A stretch of DNA of 64,000 nucleotides from Podarcis pityusensis (Eukaryota): assembly GCA_964106645.2 (NCBI GenBank), contig OZ067046.1. One strand, written 5' to 3'. Made by a program: the position numbers and the translations under genes. Positions 1-25,120 of the stretch are shown piece by piece. Position 1 is the first letter of the stretch; each line of letters starts with the position of its first letter. Below the pieces are notes generated by a model. It was not told the DNA's origin. It did not search any database and was given only the letters and a program-made list of their open reading frames with translations.

Positions 1-224
1 CTAAGCTTGTCTAGCATTCTGAAGCTGGGAAAGTTACAATACTGTTATGAAAAGAGCATTATGATGATAGTGCAGAGACAGGAGAAAATTGGCTGGTAGA
101 CAGAATTGTGAGAAGAGAAGAGTGCAATATCGTTTGTTATTTCTATGAGGCAAGAGATACCTGCCACATAGAAGTGGCAAACTTCATTGTTGTTGTTACA
201 AAGAAACGTTAGAAGTGTACTTAC

Positions 225-3200
225 TTCAGAGTTGGCAATTTCACTTGGTGTTGGCCAGTTTGATGCATCACTGAAGTCATTTGCCTGCAATGGTAATGAA
301 CACATCTTACTGTCCAGAAACATTTGTTCAATAGCAAGAAAGCACCCCCATTTGACACTGGATTTATGCTACAGTTTTACAGAAATGAGATCACAAAACA
401 AAAATTATTGATTCTTACACATCCTGACTCGCAAAATAGGACAGTGAAAAACCAAACTCAGCAACGTGGTCAGCAATTCTGAATCCATACACCTTTTTTA
501 AAAAAATGTGCTCAGTCATTTTTATGAAGGCAGTCTTTTCAAATTTGATATTAATGTTATGAAATAATTTGCATAATAATTAACAGTCAATGGATGTGAA
601 TTACTTGAAGCTAAAATCAGCAATTAAACATAGTGTCAGGGAAGAGTTAGAAGTTTCCAGTTTATCAGAGGGAGAAAGCATTCCCCAAGGGGGGAGGGAG
701 AGCAGTGAATCTGATGGAAGGGAGCAAGAGGAACAACAGGGAGGGACTGGCTGTTCCCAGGAAAGGCAAGGGTTAAGTTCTAGCTCAGATTCGGAGGAGG
801 GGAGATACAGGCCAGCTCTAGCCAGGAGGTTAGAAAAAAGAGCGGGAAAACGAAGGGAAGGGCGCCTTCGCCATTTTGAGGGTGGCTGGTCACGGAGAAG
901 CAGAGCTCAGAAGGTATCTGAAATAAGTGACTCTGAGGAATAATAGCTAAGAACTGTTTATAAGATTATTTTGTTAATACACAATAAAAAGTTATAAAAG
1001 AACAAGAAGCGTTTGTGTGGTGATCTGAAGAGGACAACGACCAGTCCTGACACATAGCTTTTCTGCTTATCCTCTATTTCCAATATAACTCTTAGTAAGG
1101 AAAACTTTTCCATCACTTTGGAAAATTACATACAACACTCAGACTAGCTGTTTACTTCTCAAGATGCTCCTACAGTAACTTATCCCTTGTTCAGTTCGAA
1201 GGACAGACCATATTGTAAGATAACGGCTATCCTGAAAAAGGTATCAATAAATCTTTAATAAACTTTTTTGTTTTGCTTTAAAACAACTTTCAACAGTTTA
1301 ATTTCTGGGTACTCCCACTTTCTAAAAAGCATATACAAATAGATTTTAAAAGCAACATTTGTATATGAGAAAAGAATTTCATGTAAGTCCACCAGCACTA
1401 TCTTTCTTCCTGAACTTGAATAAGATGATAACTTAAAAGCTTTGCTTCAACAGTTCAGTAATAAGGGTGAAGCCTATGGTTCAGGTTTTATAGTCTTTTC
1501 CATATTAAAAAACCTATTTATGTGAAGTATGTGGTATCAAAGAAGTCCTTATGATAATTTAAATAAATATGCAAATACAGGATTATCAGTATATTACAAT
1601 AAATGAATTTAATAATTAATTATAAAAGTATTAATTACTAATTAATATAATAATTTAAACCTAAGTTAATAGACTATAAAACTGATTTGGACTCCTAAAA
1701 CATACCTTACTCGATTTCTTTACTTTCGATTTTCCAGCCTTTATGACTTTAGCAGAACTCTGCAATTCTAAAATGAATAAAAGAAAGATGTGATTCAAGT
1801 AATCTAGAAAGAGTAACAAAACCAAGTTCATCACATAATTTAAATAGTATGATTAATTTCTGCTCTCAAATTGTTTAAGTACAAGTTGAAACATAGAAAT
1901 TCCACAAAGTACAAATGATTTTTTAAATTAACTGGATAACGATCGAACTTGAAAAAATCATTTTTTCAGCTTGTCAAATTAGCTTAAGTGTTAATTCTAA
2001 TTTGAATACTGCTATTAGCCTTGTAAAATGCTAAGATTACTCACATCAAATTACTCACATAAGTTAGAATCTTATGGCTGCAATCCTATCCATACTTACC
2101 AGAAACCGTACCTCCCATTGATATCCTATCAATGGGACTTCTAGATAGGAGCCTATATAAAACTTGATGACTGAAACTCACACGTAGACTATATTACAAA
2201 AATAAAGATGCATGGCAATCTCAGTTTATGATAGCTTTAAAAAGAGATTTTGGTAGAAAAAAATAGATTAAAATGTATTTTTATACTCCAGTTAGTGCTT
2301 TATGAGCTGAAACTGGCACAGTTCATATTTGTAGATTTCAGAACAAATATCCAATCTATGTCAGACAAATTCTTACTTTACCATTATGCTTATAGATATA
2401 TGTAACAACTATTTAAATATTTCAGTCTATGCCCCCACAGCTGTCACATGTGGAATACAAAATTCTGGAAAAATAAATACTCTTATAAACTTTGTATTAT
2501 TAGGGCAAATATTAGGGCAAATATTACTGACTAATACATGATTAATGCTTCAAGTCTTCTCCATATCATATTCTGAACAGACATATGAGTGAAGATTCTA
2601 GAGCCAAAGTGAAAATAAAGGAACAAAACAGTCTAGTTTCAAGAAGTCAATCAAACATTAAGAATGTAAATAGTATACTATAAACAAAATCTAATTAAAA
2701 CAAAAAACTATCTAGTGCTTAGCAGGCTAGCTAAATAATTAAAATTAATCTAATGTCAATTAATTGTTTGCATCTTTCTGGCGGTTATGAGGAAAAAATT
2801 ATAACTGCTAGTCCTATCAAAAAGCATCAAGTATAGATGGAGGGGATGCTTTCCCTATACAGTATATGTTTAACAACCTAGGGAGGAGTGCAAATGTACA
2901 CGAGCCTAACAAGATTGTGACCCCGTGCTGTACACTGTAGGAATTTAAGATGGAAGAGATATATTGTACACAGTACTACTTTGTAATATATTCCTTTTTA
3001 ATATGTAACACATTTTGAATGTGAGCTAGTAACTTATCCAAAAGAGAAATAATATGATCAAAACAACAACTGTGTGGTAGAGATTATGCTCATTGTATTG
3101 CAGAAGAATAGTACTGTACTATTGGGGTATCCAATGCGACAACCATGTGCACCATGGTGGCCTCAGGCAACCCCCAATCTGGAGACCAATGGGGAGTGTC

Positions 3201-5603
3201 ATAAACACCACTCTAAGCATTTTGGAGAAAGGGTTGAGTAGCATAATATATTACTAACCACCACCACATTTAGAGCAAGAACTAGTCTGGCATATCATAT
3301 CTGACATCATCTTTTTTGAACATGGCTGCTTTAATATTCTATTCTCGCACTACAAGGTAGTGCCTGAGCAACTATCCATCTGTCTAGGCAAGCACGTAAA
3401 GCTGAATGCGCACAAGTTAAATGTGTGTAAATTGCAGTCTTACTGTGTAGAATCAGTTTGCATAGCATCACTTAATGAACTTATTACATGAAAGTTGAAG
3501 ATATGCAAAACAAATTATCTATTTAACAAAATACTAATTAATGCTAATTAACCTTTTACTTTCCCTATTTTTTAAATGTAAAATACAAAAACTAGTTATT
3601 TATGGCAGAACTCTATTTTTATTTGTAAGGTATTTAAGCTAGAATATTCAACACATTTATTAGGGAGCAAGTACTTAAGAATTCCAACTAAATTAATTCT
3701 TTTATCCAAGTTTTAAATTGTACTGTTATATCACTTTAATCTAGCTAAGTCCCAGAGCACTAATATAATACCTTCTATTATCTCAAAGAATGCTGCAACT
3801 ACTGCTGCTGAATTTGAATACCATTTCATGATAATTCCTGCTACACGGTGGCATACTGTGATTTGTGATCCACAAATTATATACAGTACAGCACATGCTA
3901 AAGTTTCTTGCAAGACCATCAAGCATGAACTACAAAGCAAAGCATGACTAATTACTACAGTGGTCATTCTCTAAAGACCTGTTAGCGCAAATGTATGTTT
4001 AAAAGCCTTGAATTTGCTTCCACCAGAATACTATCACAGGAACCCTAAACTATGAATAGCACCCTCAGGAAAAAATGAAGGAAACTCTATACAGAACTCA
4101 CGCTTTTCAGTTTTATTGTAGCTAATGCCAAGTGTTGACAAACATGCACAGTGACCAAAGAAAGAGTAGAGGCTATTTCATATGTTAACTTGTTAAGTTT
4201 TTGTTTGGAAGTACTGCAAACTTATTTAACAGCACCACTCATACGTATAAGTTCACAAATATGTAGAACTGCAGTATACAGTGGTACCTCGGGTTAAGTA
4301 ACAGTAATTAATTCGTTCTGGGGGTCCGTTCTTAACCTGAAACTGTTCTTAACCTGATGCACCACTTTAGCTAATGGGGCCTCCTGCTGCTGCCACGCCG
4401 CCGCCACATGATTTCTGTTCTCATCCTGAAGCAAAGTTCTTAACCTGAGGTACTATTTCTGGGTTAGTGGAGTCTGTAACCTGAAGCGTATGTAACCTGA
4501 AGCCTATGTAACCCCAGGTACCACTGTATATGCATACAACAGAGGTACATACACAACGATTTACATGCAAGCAGGAACAAACTATTCCCTGCACACAAGT
4601 GGCATCCAAACAGGATTCTGACACGAAGCAGACCAAGCAACAGGCATAAAGAAGGACAAAAACACAGAAAAGTTCTGCATGGGCATAGTGGGACTACAAC
4701 AGTTCCCCACCACCACCACCACGACGTCTATCAAGTTAGATCTCTTCTCAGTCCCGTCCCGTCCCGTCCCCCCCCCAAATAAGAAGTAGCCACTTTCGCT
4801 TCTAGGCATCCCTACCGCCGCCAACTGAGTTCTGGCTTTCCCAACAGCTTCGCTCTCACCGTCCACCTCATAAAAGAACTCCAAGGCAGAAGAAGCCACA
4901 CCTCTTCACGCTCATTTTCCTAATCTGACCATATATGCAACATGAGAGAGGGCAGGCAAGGCTGAAAAGAGCTCCCTGGCACCGGCTGGCTGGCTGGAGG
5001 CAAGCAAGCACACGCCTTTCTGCGAAGCCTGTGTCATTCGGGGTCGCCGCCGAAAGCGGGCGGGGGAGGGTGGAGAAAGAGAGAGAGAGGAAGAGAGAGG
5101 GGGCGCTTTAAAGAAACTTGAGAAGGAGGCAGCAGCAGCAGCAGCAGCACCACGCGGGGCTCTGGTCGTCCCCGCAGTAGGTCAAAACACAAGCTCCCTG
5201 TCCGCCCAGCCCTTTCCTTACCCGAGTCCTGCGGGGCGAGCTCGCTGCCGGCTGAGGCGCTGGAGGGGGATAAGCTGCCGCCGGAGACGGGGGGAGGCTT
5301 CCAGCGGGTCCAGGGGTTATCCTTGGGCGGGGGGGCCTCCACGGCCTGAGGCTGCTGCTGCTGCTGCTGCTGCCCCGGTTGGCACTTGTCGCCGTTGCTA
5401 CTATCCTCTTCCTCGTCGTCGTCGCCGCCCTCTTGCTGCTGCTGCTGCAGCCCCTCACCGGAGCCGCTTTCCCGGGGGGCTTCGGTCACTTGGCCGGAAG
5501 GAAACAGGAGCTGCTCCTGATGGTTCTCTTCGGGCAGCCGGGCCCCGCCGCCGCTGCTCTTCTCCGCGCCGCGAAGTGGTGCCTGCGGGGCGGCCGCGGA
5601 CAT
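225..5603 (-). CDS. LARP1B: La-related protein 1B, 5' part (continues beyond left edge). Exons 5603-5222, 1767-1706, 284-225
   Basis: Spliced translation MSAAAP...VEAPPPKDNPWT...QDS/ELQSSAKVIKAGKSKVKKSSK/ANDFSDASNWPTPSEIANSE carries the LARP1-family motifs EAPPPKxNPW and DFxDAxNWPTPxE; GT-AG sites with matching phases (1,0); synteny next to ABHD18 indicates LARP1B. Start codon is inferred. Confidence 0.85.
634..1052 (+). mobile_element. Solo LTR (Gypsy/ERV-like), 419 bp
   Basis: TGTCAGG...CCTGACA termini, 5-bp target duplication CATAG (629-633, 1053-1057), internal AATAAA near 982. Confidence 0.8.
4279..4526. mobile_element. Tc1/mariner-pogo type MITE
   Basis: CAGTGGTACCT...AGGTACCACTG inverted termini, TA on both sides. 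Confidence 0.85.
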
Positions 5604-6600
5604 ACCGAGAGGGGTACGCACCCGCTGTCCTGCCGCGCGCCCCTCTCCCTCCGCTCCCTGCGGGGCTGCCGTAGGGCGGGAGGGGGAAGAAGAAAGAGAG
5701 CCTCTAAGCTGAGCTGCTCCGTGCGGGGGGCCTGGCCCGCCCCACGGGGGCTGCGGCTGGCGGGGAAGCAGCCCCCCCGCCCCAACAGCGGCCTCCGGGG
5801 GCGTCGCCGCTCATTCACCTCAGCGGGTGGTTCAACCGCCACCGCCCCGTGCCGGGGGGGGGGGAGGGGGTTGTAGAGAGACGCGCGAGAGGGCCGCGCA
5901 CGAGAACGCGTCGCCACCGCTCAGGGGCCGCCCGGGGTTGAGGGGCGGGGGTGGGGGGCAGGAGGAGGCGCCGGAGCCGAGGCACAGTTTTCGTGGGGCC
6001 TGCTTTGAGGTCCGGCAAGGAGCTCCGTCACAGCTGTCGCGCGTGTGTGCTTCCTCGCGCCGGGGGAGGCGGGGTGGGTGGGAAGAGGGGCGGGGACAGA
6101 GTCAGGGAAAGGAGTGAAGGGAGGGGGGTAAGAAGAAGGAGGCGGCGGCGGTGGCGGCGAACGGGCGAAGCGCTCTACAAAACGAGGGCGGAGCCTCTCC
6201 GAACCCCTTCGGCGCGTTGTGACATCACAACGGCCAACAGCGCGGAGGGAGGCCGCGTGCGTCTCTTCTCCGGGCTCGCCTACCCCCCCCCGCCCTTTTC
6301 GCTCCCCTCACCTCCGCCTCGGCTAGCCCCGCCTCCGCCCCGCCCGGAACGAGGAAGTGAGAGGCGGCGGAGCGCGGCCGTCCTCAACGGAGGACCTGGG
6401 AAGGGGAAGCGGCGGCGGCGTTCAGGGGGACGCCACCGTTTCCCCTTCGAATTAGATGGCCCGAAGGAATGCCGCTTCTTGCGGAGCACGACAGACGCCG
6501 GTCTCTGGGGGAGAGGGAGTCAGTTGACAAAGGATCTGTGGGGCGCGAAGGAAGCTCACCTTCGGCCACACCAGCATTTCTTCGCCTCAGGAGAAGCGGG
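5030..6600. promoter_or_regulatory. CpG island promoter of LARP1B
   Basis: Very GC/CpG rich; GC boxes, CRE-like TGACATCA ~6220, ETS-like GGAAGTG ~6353; overlaps exon 1. Confidence 0.8.
5352..5372 (-). repeat. (CAG)7 polyQ tract in LARP1B exon 1
   Basis: CTG x7 on + strand; a second shorter Q run lies near 5432-5449. Confidence 0.9.
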
Positions 6601-6994
6601 GAAGGGTTATTTTGGGGAGCTTTTTTATTTTTATTAAGAGACTATGGGCAGGCTGCCTTGACATTGTAGACTTAAAAACAACTACCTGAACAAAATAATT
6701 AAGCGTTGTTGCATAGATTATAGCTTACTGCCGATTTACATCCCTGCCCCGCTCCCGGTGGCTGCATGCTGTAGGAGGAAGCACTAGCATTTTGAAGTTT
6801 ACACCAGCACATGAGCGCACTCGGAGGGCGGCTGCTCCCCGCCCTCTTTCAATTTTGGCTTAACATACAATGGCTTTGAAGATCCAATAAGATTAAAATG
6901 TTCCAGAGTGATGCAGCGTTGGCTAAAACATCTTTCGAAGTAAAACTTAGTTGTGCTGTAGGCTCCCCTGATACAGTACTTAGCTGGGATGGTT

Positions 6995-7050
6995 CAACAG
7001 GGGGTTGGATTAGATGACTCCCCGAGATGCATTCCAACTCTATGATTCTT
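6995..7050 (+). mobile_element. CR1 LINE 3' tail fragment
   Basis: GGGGTTGGATTAGATGAC...TTCCAACTCTATGATTCT resembles the CR1 3' end. Confidence 0.6.
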
Positions 7051-8361
7051 GTTTACCATGACACAGTAGACAAACGACTAGATTTTCTCTTGGAAAATTA
7101 ATTCTGCAAACAACAAAAAGCGATTTGCACCTAAAAAGATGCTGTCATCTTCACTTGCAACACCTGTCTATAGCTTCTGTGGCTGTTCTTTGTGACATGC
7201 ACATTTAAGAAAGCACCAAAGCAGTAAACAGTGGTGGTGTCCCAAAGGAACACAAGTGAACAGCACAAGCAACGCTGACACCAAACCCTACATACATTAA
7301 GCATAATAGAAACATTGCCACCCGACTCCACCCCCACCCATCTTCCCTCCCTCCACCCCCCTTTTTTTTCTTTCTTTTTTTTCTTCTCCCCCTAATGTCT
7401 CAACAAATGAAACGGATTTGTAAAAATGTTACATGGAATAAATACGAGGCATTACACTTACTTCTGTAAAACAAGAAAATCTTTAATAAAAATTTAAAAC
7501 AACAACAACAGTGGTGGTGTCGTAGCAATCCATACATTCTAAATGTAGAATAATAATAGAACCAAATATGGAGCTGGAAGCCAACTTCAGCTTGTAATTC
7601 CATTTTATGTACAGTACATGTTGTAATAACCCAAGTTGCTTCCATTCTTCTAAGGTGAAAAACAGTAACTGCGCTTTTAAACAAAGGGGTGTTGTTACTT
7701 TCTGGTTCAGCTGTGGTCTATCCCAACAATGCTTATCAATGATGCCCTGCATTTGCTTTAATTCATTCTGCAGCATTTATTTTTATTTAGAATGATAAAG
7801 CAAACCGCTAAGTAGCATATGAAAAATTGTACATAAAATGCAGCTAAAATCCCCCAGACTATTTAAAATGCTAATGTAGTCACACCTGATAGTACCATAG
7901 GAAATGTCAGGTTAGACAGATTTTACTTACAGCTGAAACAGTATAGAATAGAAAGCATTCCTTCCATATCAGACATGCACCTAGAGAAGCTGCTTTGCAA
8001 TTCATCACTTTAAAAAATTGCCCTACAAGCAATCCACAGCTCTTAAAGAATCCACAAGGTATTTTAAAAATGATATAAATACTAAATTTACATAACTACA
8101 AATAATTTTAGAAGGCAACTAGAACATGCCACTTAAAATGCATGAAGTTCATAAAATTGTGTATGTGAAATGGTTAGGAAAAAACTGCCTGTCTGTAAAT
8201 CATGTGAACAGATAAAAATGTATGAGAAGAACCTAAACCACAAATGAAAGTGGTATTTTTCAGTGGTTATGAGGGCATCAGGAGGGCATTTTGCTCCATC
8301 TTGCATTACTGGGTAGAGACATTTAGGGGCATATAATGGGAGACAGCATATGTCTCTCCCA

Positions 8362-8516
8362 CACTGTGATCAACTCCTGCCGGGAAACCTATGTCCCCAC
8401 TGTGGAAGGACGTGTGGTTCCAGAAGTGGCCTCCACAGTCACTTACGGACTCATTGTTAAAACTGTGTTTATGGAAGACAATCTTACTCGGCTACGAGTG
8501 ATCGTCAAAGAAGACT
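8362..8516 (+). mobile_element. RTE-clade LINE, short 3' fragment
   Basis: Similar to the 3' end of the copy at 17165-17321 (GATCAACTCC...GACAATCTTACTCGGCTA...AAAGAAG). Confidence 0.75.
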
Positions 8517-8893
8517 GTGGCTCATACTGTCCATTGAAGGATATTACATGCTACTTTGATTATGGACAGTGTTGATCTGGGTAAATCAGTTCTTAAATAT
8601 AAGATCCTTCTTAAATAAGCTTTCTGAGTACAGGACATAAAGATCTAGCATTCATTTTGGCTCAAGTTTCAAGAATGGTGTTCTTTATATAGAATGATTT
8701 CCAATGTCATATGTTCCTAAACGATTCAAGATTGAACGGAGAACATGTTGACAAGGTCATTCGTTAGATTCATCAAGGCTGCATAGCAAAGACAAAACGG
8801 GTGATGTTTCTGGTTGAGAACACCTTTATGCCGAAGCATACTCCAAATAGTGTATATTCCCTGGAAGTAGACAATAATTAGATACAGCAAATA

Positions 8894-9112
8894 TGAAACT
8901 TCAAATAGGAGCCACCCAATCCAGCTCCAGATAGAAGTGAATCCACAACCTGATTGGCCTACAGGAGAATTCCGGAATTAGCCAATCACGTGCAGCCCAT
9001 TGTGTAAATAATGTATATAAAGCAGATACTTTGAGGGAACCTCCATTCCCTCCTCACCACTATGAGCTGAATAAAGAGCATGAAATCCACTCTCGATTCT
9101 GAATATATTTCA
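8894..9112 (+). mobile_element. ERV-like LTR fragment
   Basis: TGAAA...TTTCA termini, CCAAT boxes, TATATAAA then AATAAA in U3-R-U5 order; no clean TSD. Confidence 0.55.
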
Positions 9113-10113
9113 ATGTATGAGCATTGTGTTTTGTTTTTTCACTATTGAGTAATTCAGGTTCTTGGGAGAGTTGTCTTGGAAGAAGTCAACTATTTTCATA
9201 TAAAACATTGCCATTTAAGATTACATAGAGCCCATGGGTACGGCAATCCCAGTTGCAGAGCCTACTAAAATTTGGTTTGGCTACTCAGTTCGGATACAGT
9301 ACTTTCATTGGAGCCTAATGACATAAGCAACTGTCTACAAGAAGGCTCTTCACAATACAGACCAGCAGCATGAAAATGTTTTTGCAAGGTTTTATTGAAA
9401 AATATAAAATGCAGTTTAGAAAAGTACACAGAATTCTGAAACTTACTTTCATTTAACTATGATTTTCCTTTTTGATTAGAACACCATTAGTAAATTCTTT
9501 TAAATGAAATGTGTTAGGCAAGAGTATTAGAGACATTTGAATATAGTAAGGCCACAAAACTTTGTTATCAAAGACTTTGTTACCAAGAATTTTGCTGGTC
9601 TTTGAAATACAGAATGCACTTTAAATGCAAGATTAATTAATTCTATAAAATACTGTTGAAAGCATATGATTATGACACACTAATTCACAACACATAAACA
9701 GTAGTCTTAGAATAGTGATGTTTAGACAAATTTGACAATATTTATTTAGCAAAATTTATATACCACTTGGATTGTTGAAAAATACCTCAAAGTGCTTTAC
9801 AAGGAACCCACCATGTCCATTAACTTCAGCGTGTCTACACTGGGTAGCACTAGCAATGAATACCACCCCTTAATCACTAAATTGAACACTCAAGCATGTT
9901 ACTGCTCCTGCTACAGCAGATTTTGCAGTATAAAATTCTAGTAGATGCATAATATTGTGGCAGATTCCATATTCAAACATCCAGCTATTTCAAGCCAAGC
10001 CGTTTTTGCCAATTCTGGTGTTCCAGAAATCTGGAATCGGAACATCCCAAAAGGAGACATAGAGACGATTCATGTGAGCCATAAATACTTAATTTGAAAT
10101 GCTGTGCCAGTTA

Positions 10114-10251
10114 CATAACCTCCAACATTTCGCAGATGAAAATAGGGCTATCCTAAGGAAAAATGAGACATTTCGGGATCAAATCAGAATCCGGGATGGC
10201 TTCTGTAAATCCGGGGCTATCCCTGGAAAATAGGGACACTTGGAGGGTCTG
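10114..10251. mobile_element. Non-autonomous DNA element (MITE)
   Basis: ACCTCCAA...TTGGAGGGT imperfect inverted ends, internal AAAATAGGG repeats, CAGTTA on both flanks. Confidence 0.55.
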
Positions 10252-11988
10252 CAGTTATCCATAACTTATCATCAAAGGAGTGAGTTTTAATACTTTAATT
10301 CTCCAGGAAATTACTTTGAACAAGACTTCAGCAGTATCTGGAATCCACTTAAAGCTGCTGCTTCAGCGTAAAGTGCTGTTCACTACGATTAGGAAGTTCG
10401 GTCAAGTTTTCTTTTTACTTAGGCTTTCACCTTAAGTTTTGGTACTTTTAATAAACTTCCTCTTCATCAGACTTTGCTCTTCAAAAATTATTCTAGTACC
10501 TACAGTCTTATGCAGGTGTACTAAACATGTCCAAATTCAATGGGACCTATTCCTAGATAAGTGGGCTGACTTCAACTTTAATTATTCAGCAGAATCCAGT
10601 TGCACTTAGAGAGTTGTATCCAACTAAGTCACTACATGGGTTTAACAACTTCCACTCACACAACAGAACCCCAGTCTCTTCTGAGCTTCCCCCCAACCCT
10701 CTAGCAGATTTGGGATGGAAGGAAAGAGACTGTGTTGTGTGAGCAGAAGTTATAACATTATTGGATTCAGCCACAATAATATTTTATCAAATTCAACAGC
10801 ACATACTAGCTTCCATATAATATGAAAGAAAATATAATGGGTAAGATGAAGAGCTTCTGTGAGCCTAGCTCAAGTCACAGGATGCAACCACTGAATAATG
10901 GGGGGATTTATTTTCACCAAGTCCTGCTCCCTGAAACACAGCAGCCCCATTGAAGGCTGTTCTGGAGTGTTGGGGGACCTTCTGGAACTATGTGGGAGAC
11001 AGCATGGGGAATGCTGGGATAATAAGGATTGGATCCAAATGAAGATGGTCACTTTCATCCCATTAAAAATATTGAGAGTCAACTTAGTCTTGATTAACTT
11101 GTCCCACTGATTTCAATGGAACTAAAGAGGAATTAACTACAATATTAGGTTGGATCCAAATGAAGTTAATCCCTCTTTCCTGCAACATGATGCAAAATAG
11201 TTTGTAAGAAAACCAACATTAAACATGCAACATATACAGAAGGATTCACACTTTATTTTCATTTAAGGTGTAACAATTCAGTCAATTAACATTTTATGAT
11301 TCCTCAACTGAAGTACGCACCTCCTCCCTCCATTTTAAAATAAGAGCACACCTAGCATGCTGCTTTAAATGATTAAAGGTGGACAAATAGTTTTAAAGAT
11401 CCAATTATGAGGTGCAGGAAAGTAATGTGCAAACTTTGGTCTTCCAACTGAAGTTGAAATAGGGCCAGGGAACACTGGGAAGATTATGGGAGTATGTAGC
11501 TGCCTACTCCCCAGAGTCTGCATAGGCCATCTTAATAATTTTTATTATGAATAAACTTTTCAAGTTGAGCTCATTATTGAGAGTCTAGCTGGTCTCCCTG
11601 AAGGAATTTTTGAATTCCTAGTCCTAGTGACAACCTGGGGTGTGAAACTTATGCTAAAATTTACATAAACCAAATTTAAGCAGCCTGTATTGGTCTCTCT
11701 TCAAAGGATGAGTGTACTCTCGAAATAACAATAGTCTTAAAAATCAGCCTATTCTTTAGACATACATTACCTGTATTAAGAAATTGTGCTAAAATTGTCA
11801 TTGGCATGACTGGTGCAAGTTTGAAATTGGTTGATTTCATTCTGATATAACGTCAAGTTCAATTTACCGTCCAGTTGGTGACTTAACTGAACTTATGTCT
11901 GACTTGTTCGCCACATGAAGTCAACATGAGGATCCATGTAAAAAAGAGCTCAGAACAAGTCTATATAGAGCGGTTCCAAAGGACAGAG

Positions 11989-25120
<13,132 letters not shown>

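Noticed and set aside
590-943. 117-aa ORF as a host gene
   Set aside because: Begins in intron sequence and runs through a solo LTR
5379-6669. Long overlapping plus-strand ORFs, one signal-peptide-like
   Set aside because: Stop-poor CpG island; the Leu runs are antisense reads of CAG repeats
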